This document shows, in pieces, positions 42,301 to 57,919 of a DNA stretch of 64,000 nt. Source of the DNA: Syncephalis fuscata S228 (taxonomy: Eukaryota; Fungi; Zoopagomycota); NCBI GenBank assembly GCA_025786725.1, contig JAHLTZ010000010.1, positions 186,001-250,000 of the forward strand, read 5' to 3'. The notes beneath the pieces were generated by a model. The model was not told the origin of the DNA. It was given only the letters and a program-made list of their open reading frames with translations, and ran no database searches. Both the position numbers and the translations under genes were made by a program. Numbering within the stretch: position 1 is the first letter of the stretch; each line of letters begins with the position of its first letter.

Positions 42301-42652
42301 GTTATACTAATTATTTAATATTAATAGGGCGTAAGTTGTATTGTGTATTAACTGACTATACATTAACCATGCTATTTACTGGTGATATTAATTATTTAAT
42401 ACTAATAGGCAGTAAGTAGTATTTTATATTAACTGACATACATTAACTATGTTATTTACCACTATACCAATATTCAATATTAATAGTATGTAAGTAGTAT
42501 TGTATATTAACTGACTGCATTAATTATACTATTTACTGATTATACTAATTATTTAATACTAATAGGCTGTAAGTAGCACTGTATATTGATGGCTTATATA
42601 TTAACCATGTGTAATATCTTTATTTGTAAATACAGCTCCATTTCCACTTTGA
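39326..42652 (+). CDS. Micro-exon gene copy 1: secreted cysteine-rich prepropeptide, 79 aa, 43 exons (41 microexons)
   Basis: Exon 1 39326-39422, then 40 3-nt exons and one 6-nt exon each bounded by ..TAG and GT(A/G).. sites, then terminal exon from 42636. Spliced product: MKLSIAVVCTIVVAIMASTAMVDANPAIVRRDAIEDCRRGRAACFKKCQSTWRDSASLEYRSCSMDCASYWRICSPFPL*. Confidence 0.85.
39423..42635 (+). repeat. Tandem array of 42 homologous short introns (unit ~60-88 nt)
   Basis: Consensus GTAAGT(T/A)GTATTGTATATTAACT...TACTAATTATTTAATATTAATAG separated by variable triplets. Confidence 0.95.
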
Positions 42653-43201
42653 AAAAATTAACATTAATAGTGCAATCAAATCACTATTCCAATACACTTT
42701 AGGTATATATTCGGTGAAAAGCAAGACCATTTGACAACTACGCCGTCCTGTCTATCATATATCAAGTTTTGGCCAATGCTCCGGTTTATCCAGTTTTAAT
42801 CAATGGAATCATTATTTTATCAACAAGCTTGCATTTAGCTGTTTTTATTCAACTGTGCAGCATATAGTAATAAACTATGGTTTCATCTTAACTGTATACA
42901 ATCAAATTGCTATATCAATAATCATGTTTTATTTGCATCCAATAATGGCAATTATTGATCAAATAGTTAAATTAACAAAAGACATGCACAATTATATTTA
43001 TTAGCCATAAGCATAGGATGGTATGAATATGGTAATGTTAAATATGGATATTGTAATGATAAATGTTGGCAATAAAGTTGGCTGTGCTTATTTTTAAATA
43101 TACCATGGATAGTAACAAATCTATCACTATCATATAAGAAAATGATATTGTACCAATATTGATATAGAATAAGCATCGATTGCTAACAACTTGGCACTAC
43201 A

Positions 43202-43715
43202 TTGTGACGACAGCAACTTAATGGCTACCGTCTTGTTTACGCTTACTTCTATCATCCAAGCATTAGTGGCTACTAATTAATTGCTTAATATAACATGAAC
43301 CGATGTTATTATAAAATAAACAATAAATGATTTTCCTTTTAATTATTGATTACCATAGTTAAACTTTTAATAACTAAATAACATTTGTAACTAAAGCAGA
43401 AAAAAGAATACAGCACCAAAGATATAGATGTGTATTATAATTCCAATAAAGCTAGTGTTTTATAGTATATACTGTTGTTAATAGAATTGAACTTTGTCCA
43501 TAAGGTTGCTTATATGTCAGTAGATAACAAGTATTTACTGGTTATGTCCTTGTATAAATGTTTGTTTATGATTGTTAGTACTAGTATTTAGTATATTGTT
43601 GCTGTGGCTATTTATATGTTATCATTGGCATATTGTTTAATTACATAGTGGACTTTATGGATCAATTTCATGGTAGATAATTACGCGACCATAATACTGT
43701 AATTCGGTGCCGTAA
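43202..43715 (+). repeat. ~515-bp direct repeat (LTR-like), right of microexon gene copy 1
   Basis: Near-identical to 37036-37550. Confidence 0.9.
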
Positions 43716-43797
43716 AAATGTAATATTTATATATTTTTAATAACTATGGCCATTATAAAGATGTAATGTGTTTGTTTCTAACAATCAAGCTATTCCA

Positions 43798-44685
43798 AAA
43801 AATGATTTCAACATAACTAGGTAGTAAATGTTAATATGGCATTACAAATCATGTATAACTTTACATATAATAAAGCAAATCACTTAATATTGTGCACAAG
43901 TATACACGCGACATATAGATAGCTACTGGCAAATTACACTGCGGCTGTATTGCGTGATGATGTAATAGTTGTGATAATAGGCTAGTAAATGTGTAAAATG
44001 GCCATTTTTTACCAACCATGAACTATATAACTAAACGATATCAAAATAATTGCCAAATTCGTGTTCTCCATGCTTAGTTATACAGATTGGTATGATTTAT
44101 AGAACGCCGATTTTTGCAAAAAAAGTTCGCCAAAAATGCAACTTGCATGTTATTAATTAACGAAAAGTGCTTAAACTTTGTGACTTTAATACTTTTAATG
44201 TTAAGAATTAAATTTGGGCTAGAGTAAATCTAAAGCGCTCTATAATACTAGACAATTATAATAGCAAGCTAGTATGCAGAAATACCAATGTAAAGTGGCA
44301 ATATATGTTTTATATACATACATGTATCTAATTATACGTAAATTGCATTTTTGGCAAACTTTTTTTGCAAAAACCGGCGTTCTATAAATCATACCAATCT
44401 GTATAACTAAGCATGAAAACACGAATCCGGCAATTATTTTGATATCGTTTAGTTATATAGTTCATGGTTGGTAAAAAATGGCCATTTTACACATTTACTA
44501 GCCTATTATCACAACTATTACATCATCACGCAATACAGCCGCAGTGTAATTTGCTAGTGGCTATCTATATGTCGCGTGTATACTTGTGCACAATATCAAG
44601 TGATTTGCTTTATTATATGTAAAGTTATACATGATTTGTAACGCCATATTAACATTTACTACCTAGTTATGTTGAAATCATTTTT
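43798..44685. mobile_element. Foldback/MITE-like element: ~350-bp inverted arms around a ~190-bp spacer
   Basis: 43798-~44146 is the reverse complement of ~44341-44685 (AAAAATGATTTCAACATAAC...GTTATGTTGAAATCATTTTT). No transposase ORF; no clear TSD. Confidence 0.75.
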
Positions 44686-45362
44686 AATACTACTTTATAC
44701 TGTCACGGCATTGAAGCAATAGTTTCACATTTTAAATCTATAAACTAGCATTTTATTGGTATTTAAGGCATAAATAAAATAATGTATTTTTACTACATTC
44801 ATATCTATAGAAATAAAATACTTACGCTTTTACGATGGACATATGTTAAAATACCATATAATGGCTGTATTGCTATGTTAGTGTGACTGATAGATATCAA
44901 AGGAATTTAGGTTCTGCTATTAGCTATGTTTAATACAAATGATAGCATTATCAATGACAATAAATACAATATAGCCATAGTTGTATTTTGTTTCTATTTA
45001 GTATCATACAAGTTATTCGGCATATTATAGTTTAGATGTAATAATCAATGCTAACTGTGAAGTAGTTTATTATTTGTTTGCTATTAACCAAGCAAGACGC
45101 TGTATTTTAACGTTAGCATAAGTGTTAGTAAACATCAGAAGCTAACGCTATGGAATGACATTAAGATAAGTTGTCGTTAATGATTTATTTTAAAATTCCT
45201 AATTTAAAAAGTGTAACAGTAAATTACTAAATATTTATATTTTAAGTTAGAATCAATAAATATAAAACTAATTAAACTCTGATCTTAAATAAATTAAACT
45301 TGCTAATAGAAAAATAAATAACAAACAGTGGCTAATCTATATTGGGATAGTTATCATTGAGG

Positions 45363-46384
45363 CTACACTGGTAGCGTTTCATGATGAGTATCATATATTG
45401 TTAGCATGGGCTTATAAGCCCATTGAGTGCTCTCAATGTTGTAGTTTTCAGGATTAGATGGCCGTAATTTTAGTCTGCTAGATTGACATGTCATGTCCTG
45501 TGTAGATTTTAATTGACGAACGAGCAACAAAGAAGTGATGGCCCCTAATAATTTGTTATTACATTGTTTGTTAAATACTATTATGACTTACAATCGCCAA
45601 TAAAAAATATGTCACTAAAATCACCAAATATTTTTAAAGCAGCAACAAGAGCGCAAAAGAAATTTGAGAAAATAACTCCAAACATGTATATAAATCCCTC
45701 CTTGGACAGTCGAGCCCATACTACGGAGCCAACAGCACGGTATTGGCGAACAATTACAATAAGAAATGCTCCGGATAAGAAAATATTAATAGGCATTTCA
45801 ACGCCAAGTTTCAACCATGGATAGTAGTGTGGATAGATAAATACGCAGCCAGCATGCTCGAGTATAAGAGTAGGACTAAGTGCCCAAACTACGTATATAC
45901 AAGCTGGCTGTGGGATTAAAAGAAGTACGCTGAAATATATCAAACGGTTGTCTTGCTTGTGTACGAGCCAAGCTTTGTGCAATAGTACAGCGCTTACACA
46001 AACGTTTGAAACGCATATCAGCGCAATATGCAACCAAGCGATTGCTCGACATGAAACTGGACTAGGCATCGAGAATGTTACTGCAATTGCTGAAAAAAAA
46101 CATCCTGCGCCAGCTTGGATAAGGCAGCACCAGCATGAAAGATTACGTGGCGCCTTTTTCACCAAGACTAACGCCCAGAAAGTATTGCGTGTAAATACTG
46201 CTAACAATACGGTATTTAAAAAAAGTTGAGTAATAGTACCTTGGAAACGAGTGCGAATTTCTTGAATACTGCCACCACTCGTAGCAAGAACCTCAAAGCC
46301 GTTTTCCTCTCCAGAACGATAGATAGGAATGCCGCTCCAGTAGAATGCAACATTTTTATCGTTTATAGCGGTTAGGTCGTCCAT
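45363..46384 (-). CDS. Multi-pass (7TM/GPCR-like) membrane protein, paralog of 22234-23152
   Basis: 267-aa hydrophobic ORF plus a 3' exon after an intron in the conserved W codon (GD|WAITSLLL). Confidence 0.75.
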
Positions 46385-47526
46385 GATTATAGTTGATAAA
46401 AATTAAAATAAGTAGATAAATATATTAGTAATGTAAACAATGAAAAATCAATAAGCAATGGTATATATTAGGTGCAACATATAAGCTATAGTTATAACAA
46501 AAATGGTAAAAGATTATAGATGGAGTTGACAAAGCAAACCGGATCTAAACTTGTGCAGTATTGGCGCTGCACCTGGACAGCCTTGGACGCAGTATGACAC
46601 AATAGTATAAACCGAAGCAGAGCTATTATAGCGTGCGCTCACACTAAGACAAAAACACGCATTGAGAACTTGTGATCATAGAAATGCACATAAACTGGTT
46701 AATACAGGAAACTTTATGCAAAACTTGAAATCCGCGCTCTATACAATCACGCTTTAATTGGTGCATTTTGTATGTAAAAGGATGAACTTGTTTTTATATC
46801 AATGACAATTTTTGTTTAAAGCCATAACATTGCACAATATTAATGTATAATGCTCTTTTCTTCCTCTTTAGCAAATCAGCCTGTGCATTGATAGTTCAAT
46901 GGCTATTGCGTGCGAATTTTGAATGGCATTAGTGCAGTATAGTCCATTGCAAGTACAGTTGACCTTTTGGTTTGATATTTATAATTGTAATAGATTAGAC
47001 TGTAATATATACATGGCATAGGATACAATAAAATATACTTATTATTGCGGTATATTAAAAAGTCATTTATATACTATAGAAAAGTGCAAAATTAATAAAT
47101 ATACAAAGCTTTTTTGAACTCTATGCTGTTATAGCTGCCAAGCTATATAAGATAAATGTGGCAACAAGTCAAATACAAATGACGATTTATCAATTTCAAA
47201 TCAAATACACACTATAAAATCATGATCAGAGAACAAATCGATAAATAGAGTGAACGTAAAAAGTTCCACTAGCCATTAATTTAAAACACCGCCAAATGGT
47301 TAAAAATGATTAATGATGAGTTGAAATTAGCAAATGAAAAGCAGAACTGTATTTTCGCATCAACTCAAAAGTACACACTGTCAACAACGACAACAAGATA
47401 TAATTGCTACTTGTTCACTCGTTCGTACACAAACTTTGTTCTGTTACGTTCTGCTTGGTAATAGTGGTAGTGATTTGTGTCTGCGCTAGCATCCAGTGAT
47501 TTATTGTGTATCTATTTACTGCTAAA

Positions 47527-51113
<3,587 letters not shown>

Positions 51114-51266
51114 TTTAATAAACATGCTTAATTAGTTTGATTTAAATATGCTGTCATTTTAACAAATTAAATGTTATGCATTGATAATAAAGCGTACTGT
51201 TTAGTAACTATTTAAAATGTAGCAGTAGTTAAATTTACTTATTTATTCACTGTTGAATTCTTACAA

Positions 51267-52312
51267 ATGCAAAGTAATTAGAGAAAACAGCAGTTACATT
51301 TGACAGGCCCTAATAGCAAATCTTGTGCTTACCATAGGTACAGAAGAAGCAGAACAAGCAACGGCTATACGACCAACCTATCGCGCAGGTCGTCGCGCAA
51401 GAGCTGTTAAAGTATACACGATTAACCAGGAATCTCGGTAAGATTCAGCAATAGACTAATGACGCGGTAATAAACATAAGGCTATACATAGCTATTTAGT
51501 GGTGGAAAATATACCTGCACTAGGACTTACCCAAGAGCTTATTCATTTATTTGAAGGCTATGGTGTTATCGACGAGTAGGTATTGATAATGGTAGCAATA
51601 CAAAAATATTAACCGAGGTTTTATCTATAAAATAGATACCAGCTGCTGGATGATTACCCCACAAAGGATCACATAGATGTCTATTGGATTCGATACACAG
51701 AGTTGAACGAAGCCAGGTAACTACACGATGAACTTGCAGCCATTTAGATATTTAAGCAAGCTGGCAAAATATAGATCAGCCAAAAAGCATTTGGATGATT
51801 ATTTATTTTTTCATCGTCCATTACGAATTCGCTATGGGCCAGAGTACGAGTCGGTAGAAGAGGTGCGCGTCAAGCTTGCTGAACGAAAACAAGAAGTGGC
51901 CGCGAGTTTGATCACTACAGAAGATGATCAAATAGATAATTTGTACGCGAACAGATAACGATACAAAACATATATGCTTACAATTTAATAGTAAAACGCA
52001 TAGTATTTTACGCGATCCATTAGATCCATCACCAGCCAGCAAACCATCGCATGCCACACCAAATGACAATCCAACTGCAGAGGTCATGTATCCAGCCATG
52101 CCTTCTAAACAACTGCCAGATGTACGTATACCGCAGCTTTTATTTATTTATATCATTTTATAACAAGTTACTAATCTTTCATTCACTAGCCAATTGCATC
52201 AGCTACAGCCATGGTTCGTCGTCGTATGGACCAAACCAGCGTTTTGCCGCCAAAGAACACTGATGATAAAACACAAGCCAATCGCTTAAAAAAACCGCGC
52301 CGACGCATTTAA
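51267..52312 (+). CDS. RBM48: RNA-binding protein 48 (RRM), multi-exon
   Basis: RPTYRAGRRARAVKVYTINQES|YLVVENIPALG, LLDDYP, AKKHLDD, YGPEYESVEEVRVKLAER; ends KKPRRRI*. Confidence 0.85.
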
Positions 52313-52910
52313 ATAATAATAAAAACAATTAAATTGTACTTTGCACTCCCCTATTTTGAGTCTTCAAAGCAAAATTCATTCCAATTGAAGTCGTGCGGTT
52401 ATATACAACACAATTATATTACTTTCTATTAAAATGTTAATAAATTGATTTAAATAATGCAACATACCATTTGATTTTTTGAAACGTTCGAGGTTGATCA
52501 TTGTTGTTGTTAGTCATGTGTAGAAAGATTGATCGAATATTGTTACATTAATATATACATGCTATGTACCATTTCATTTTAACTTTAATTTTAATACTTG
52601 TTAACTAAGTTAAATAAACTGCATTGTTATACAATTGAGTTGAATCTATTAGCCATTTAATGTGATTTGTGGTTAAAATGACTATTTTAATAATATTCGC
52701 TCTATTGAACACGATGATGGATGGTGCGGACCGGCTCATCTCCACTTAATTCAATCGGAGTCGGCATAGCGTCGCTTTAACAGCCAACAATTCTCAGTAT
52801 CAAAACTGATTGATGCTTTATACGAAAAATGAGCCATGGATCACTATTTTTGTTTTCAGCTTAAGCTAGGGACTCGGATTAAAATAGCTTCTAATAACTT
52901 GCTTAATAGC

Positions 52911-53733
52911 TCAAGAGCACATATCCCAAATACGATTGGCATAAGTAAACTGAGATTCAGGAGACAATTCAAACGGTAGCTTGTATACATCGGTGCCATT
53001 GGATGATTCTATAGTGAATTAAGAACTTGTAACTAGTATGATTAATAAATAAAGATTGAATAATTAAAGGATACTAGTCTGAATATGAGATATTTGTCCA
53101 GTTGTATCAATAATGGGTTCCACGCCAATCTCACGATACATTTTCAATATTAAGCTGAATACTGTGATTAGCAATAATTAATAAAATACTAAATACCTAC
53201 GTTACGCCATCTGTATCGGGTGTAATAATATTCATTTGACTTTCTGTCTGTTTTAATTCTTCTTTAATTTGCTGCAGTTGCACTTCTAAATCTGTAATCG
53301 ATATCAAGTTAAATATATACGAGACTATGATATATTTTGGCTATTATCTATAAAGGATATCTTCCTTCTTTCTCATAATCTTGGATTTCTTTAGCAAGTA
53401 GAAACTTTTGTCGATCAAGCTTGACCATTTGATTTGCGTGTTCTTCTTCACTTGGTGCGACTGCTGGCCGAATTGCTTTTGCTTTGGCCAGCTCTAATTC
53501 ACGCGATAAGGCTTTAATGTATATTAAGTAGTAAACCAGTCTGTTAATAAATAATGCCTATACTTACATTTTAACTGTCCATGTACATTATCTTGTTCGT
53601 GAGCACGAATAGTCTCGGTCGCCTGGCGCTGACGGGTAATATCATTGAGAATGGCTAGATCTGCATCAGGCTGAAATGTCTCAACCATGCTGTCAAGCAG
53701 CTCGCACGGATCTTTAAGCGTATGGCTGGCCAT
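52911..53733 (-). CDS. SPC24: Spc24, copy 2
   Basis: Same exon structure as 33755-34577 including both U12 introns; appears intact (one A>V change seen). Confidence 0.8.
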
Positions 53734-54683
53734 AATAACGGGAAAGAGTTGAATAATAAACTACCGGTTGTAGGAAAACGAACAATGAGGCGCGTAAAAA
53801 ATAATAATGTTAAAAATAAAGGCGAAACAGCGTGAATCAATCGATTGTTTACTTCATTAAACTATTACTAAATAAAGATAATCGCCAATGGCACTTGTTA
53901 TAAATACTACCATTGAATTAACGCAAATATCTGACTGATTGGTTAGAACAATATGAAATATACTTACTAAGGCAGCATATAATATTTAAACTGTTAGTTT
54001 GTTAGTTAAGCTGCATAAAGTGTTCTGGGACTCTATTTAACGTCGGCTGTTTCAATGATGCGCGCAAGCTAATTAGGTATTTAACGGTCTTGCTCATCAT
54101 GAGCCCATTCAACGGCAGCCTTAAGCACTTGAGTAAGACGCGCAAACATATTGTCAGTTAGAATGTTGACATGGATGGACAAGTTGTAGCAAAGTAACTG
54201 TGGGACAGCCACTAGCTACTGCTCTGCTTTGCCTAATGATAGTCAAACTATTACTGCTAAGCATGGTGTTTAGCACTTACAGTACAACCCAATTACTAAT
54301 AGCAATTTAAATCTTTATTTTGCTATCGTTTTTGTTTCTTTTGTTTCTTTTATTCGATGTTTGCGTTTATATGATAATATTGAATATAACATTATGCATA
54401 TCTACATATTCTAACCACCAATAAAGAATATTAAACTATAGTAATGGGTTGTTGCTAAAGATCAGATTCGAAAGATCTAATCTTTATGACTGTTTGAAAA
54501 ACAATAAACACTAAATTGTAGCAATGCGTCATTATTTATCACCAGATTAGAAACATCTAATGAATGGTGTTTATGAAATAGGGATTGGCATCGTGAGTAT
54601 TCTCGGTTTAGCAACTCTCCGTCTTATTCTCTTACTATTCATTATTAACTTAATAGTTGCCACAAACACTGTGTAAAGCATCA

Positions 54684-56134
54684 ATGAGCATTATCACGAA
54701 TTGCCATTAGACAGCAGTCCATTTTTATTCAAAAAGGATTTGCGAGCATTTTCAGCTAATGGCGCTAAAGCTTCGTCGTCGAACGATGGACTGCGGCCGA
54801 AGGTTGTGGTAAGGTAGTATCGTCGATTAAATACATAAAAGTATTTGATTTCGATAACACACTTTTTCGGTCACCTTTGCCAAGTCCCCATCTCTGGCAC
54901 AACAACTTGATAGGCAAGCTTATGTCCCCAGAGGTTGGATGGTTCAAAAATATAAAAACGCTTTCAGAGCCATATGTTGTGTGCAAAGAGCGCACAGATG
55001 AATCATCTGCGACTGCTAGCAATCAAACGTCGTGGTTTTCTTCCAAAATAGTAAGCTGTGTTCATTGATTAAATAATATGATGGGTATTAAATACAGCTT
55101 CAATTTTTTAATTAGCTTCAAGAGGCGCGCGATGCAATTGCTGCTCCCGATACATGTGCCATACTACTTACCGGAAGATCTCGTGACATTTATTATTTTC
55201 GGATTAAGGAGCTGTTAATAGGACAAGATCTACATTTTGATGCAATAATTCTTCGTGAATATCACTCTTTATTGCCATCGACGATGCAGTTTAAGCAATA
55301 TGTAATACGGTATTTATTAGAATTATTAAAATGTGCGCGCGAAGTAACGATATGGGAGGATCGTAATCAGCATGTTCGACAATTCCAAAACTACATGGCT
55401 ACTTTAGAGAAAAGTGGCCGTTTGGATAAAACGCTAGTAGTCCAGGTTAAGCCATTTTTCTGCTACATGAAAGCGCATTTAGAACTACAACTGGTACACG
55501 AGCTCATTGTCATTTATAATACCCAAATACCAAAAGAGAAGATAGAACTGGTAAACCGAATTAAATCTGGCAAATTAAAATTGGGCCGTTTAGCATTACA
55601 ATGCCTACGCGAATACTGTAATATTCAAACTGAACACCAACTCAATGACTATGGTGTGTGGATTCCAAGTTCAATAGTTTTAAACATAGATGTAGAGCAA
55701 GCCAACGGCTATTACTCACAACAAGTACAATTATTTCTTGTTAATTTTAAATGTATAAATAATACAATAGTTGCCATATTAGCTACAAGAATATTAGCGG
55801 TAATATTGAGTATCCACTTGGGAAACATAAATCACCAATGCGTTTAACCGAGACGTGTCATAAAGCCAGTTTAGATACTTTTCCAATGGCATTCTTTGGT
55901 TCACTAGAGCTAACTTGCGTGAAAGATATTAAGAAGTGTGAGCCCTTCAAATCGTACTCTACTTCGATATACGCCAATATGTCACGTATTATTCAACAAT
56001 ATCATCCTGACCTCCAAGACACAGAATTAACGCAAATGTGCTGTCGAGTAAATCAAGTAATAGTTAAAAACAATATTCAAGAAATAGAAGAATTAAAGCA
56101 TATTGTAAAATCCATGAAGTTTAATCAAGGGTGA
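54684..56134 (+). pseudogene. HAD-family protein copy 2, frameshifted (pseudogene or consensus error)
   Basis: Relative to copy 1, single-G deletions near 54696, 54793 and 55787 break the frame. Confidence 0.5.
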
Positions 56135-56187
56135 TAGTATACACAATAGAAATGGCACAGCTAGGCTATTGTGGCAATGCTTTACTG

Positions 56188-56702
56188 TTGTGACGACTAG
56201 CAACTTAATGGCTACCGTCTTGTTTACGCTTACTTCTATCACCCAAGCATTAGTGGCTACTAATTAATTGCTTAATATAACATGAACCGATGTTATTATA
56301 AAATAAACAATAAATGATTTTCCTTTTAATTATTGATTACCATAGTTAAGCTTTTAATAACTAAATAAAATTTGTAACTAAAGCAGAAAAAAGAATACAG
56401 CACCAAAGATATAGATGTGTATTATAATTCCAATAAAGCTAGTGTTTTATAGTATATACTGTTGTTAATAGAATTGAACTTTGTCCATAAGGTTGCTTAT
56501 ATGTCAGTAGATAACAAGTATTTACTGGTTATGTCCTTGTATAAATGTTTGTTTATGATTGTTAGTACTAGTATTTAGTATATTGTTGATGTGACTATTT
56601 ATATGTTATCATTGGCATATTGTTTAATTACATAGTGGACTTTATGGATCAATTTCATGGTAGATAATTACGCGACCATAATACTGTAATTCTGTGCCGT
56701 AA
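56188..56702 (+). repeat. ~515-bp direct repeat, left of microexon gene copy 2
   Basis: Near-identical to 37036-37550. Confidence 0.9.
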
Positions 56703-57919
56703 TAACATTTTACCATTTTTGTTGTCAAGTGAATTAAATAGATGACCGACATTATAACAATAAAACTGATATCTGATTAGTACAATATCTGATACTGAAT
56801 TGCTACGCATTTACACATAATATAAACTGTATTTTATAGTTGGAAATAATGTCAATACTACTTCACTATTTACTTTAGTTGTATATGCTTTTATGAAACA
56901 AATAGCTGACATAAATGATTCTGAGTGCGCACTTCAATCTAGTAGATGGGTATTTTCTTTTCTCCTGTTTGATGACTCAAAACAATATGAAATCATTGCT
57001 TATAATACGTAGCTATATTAATCCTCATTTTAACTGACCAATGCCCTTATGAATAGACATTTGTTGACAATATCCTCCACTATTGTCTAATTCCCCCTCA
57101 TTCATTTACCCTCTCCTCAAATACTCCCCTTATACAATCCAAAGCATAGCAGCATGTGTGTATTTGCAGGTTTATTAAACGCTATGTACAATGTTTTGTT
57201 TTCGTGCACTACTTTCGTTTAGCGTTATTGTTCTAGCTGCATCATCAATAGTTAGATCATTGATAAACTCAATCTAACATGGTATGACAATAATAATTTG
57301 CTATAAGCTAAACCAGTAAGCCTTTGGGCTGCTAATTGTTTTTCCATTGGCTTCTGCTTTGGCTTGTTCTTCTACATTCTATCTTGCTTAACTTGGCAGG
57401 ATTGGTTTCAGAAATGTAAGCAGCACTTAGGCCTTGGATGATCATCAATTGATATGCAATCCGCCGTCATTATGCACCTAAAATTGCTGGTACTTGGTTA
57501 GTACTTTTTTTGTGTCTATTCTAGTGTCTGCATATTGTATTGCGTGTGGTTTAGCCGATCCAATCTAGTTTACAACTGAAAAGTGATGACGAAAATGACA
57601 TGTCGAAACGTTTCATTGCTCAAAATGCTGTGATGCATTATGGTACAAACAATACTTATTGTATAGTTGCTTTCAGTTGATTTAGATTAACCGCCATTTG
57701 AATGATGGTGGTTGCACAGCATGTAGCATGATATGCCTGGATGTAATATATTTGTGAATTCAAAGCAATGATTACCCCATAATAGTGAGCATAGTGTCAA
57801 ATGAAATGCACGCATGTACCAATCAACACACTTTATAATCTAGAAATTACGGCTGACCTATGTATAGCAGTAAAAACCTGTATAGAATACCAGTTTGATA
57901 CATTAAACTTGTTTTTGCA

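Larger units (their letters stand above)
33180..44506 (+). repeat. Segmental duplication copy 1 (>=11.3 kb; direct copy at 52337 to window end)
   Basis: Colinear near-identity from TACTTTGCAC (33180 / 52337) onward; offset ~19.15 kb, rising after a 240-bp indel and repeat-unit differences. The right boundary cannot be seen because copy 2 runs off the window. Confidence 0.95.

Noticed and set aside
40816-42419. ORFs such as MYCILTDYTLTMLFT... (also 60209-61825)
   Set aside because: Chance read-through of the intron repeat; non-ATG starts and low-complexity translation.
39494-42568. Phase-0 reading of the microexons (PLRIVVEAARHVLKNVNLPGG...) is also stop-free
   Set aside because: The GT donor after exon 1 (39423) fixes phase 1, and only phase 1 gives the symmetric Cys pattern.
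39423-42635. CRISPR array or plain satellite
   Set aside because: The context is eukaryotic, the 'spacers' are only 3 nt, there are no cas genes, and unit ends are exact splice signals whose joined triplets encode a structured peptide.
37036-43715. Intact LTR retrotransposon
   Set aside because: No gag/pol, no evident PBS/PPT, 3' ends lack the canonical CA and there is no matching TSD.
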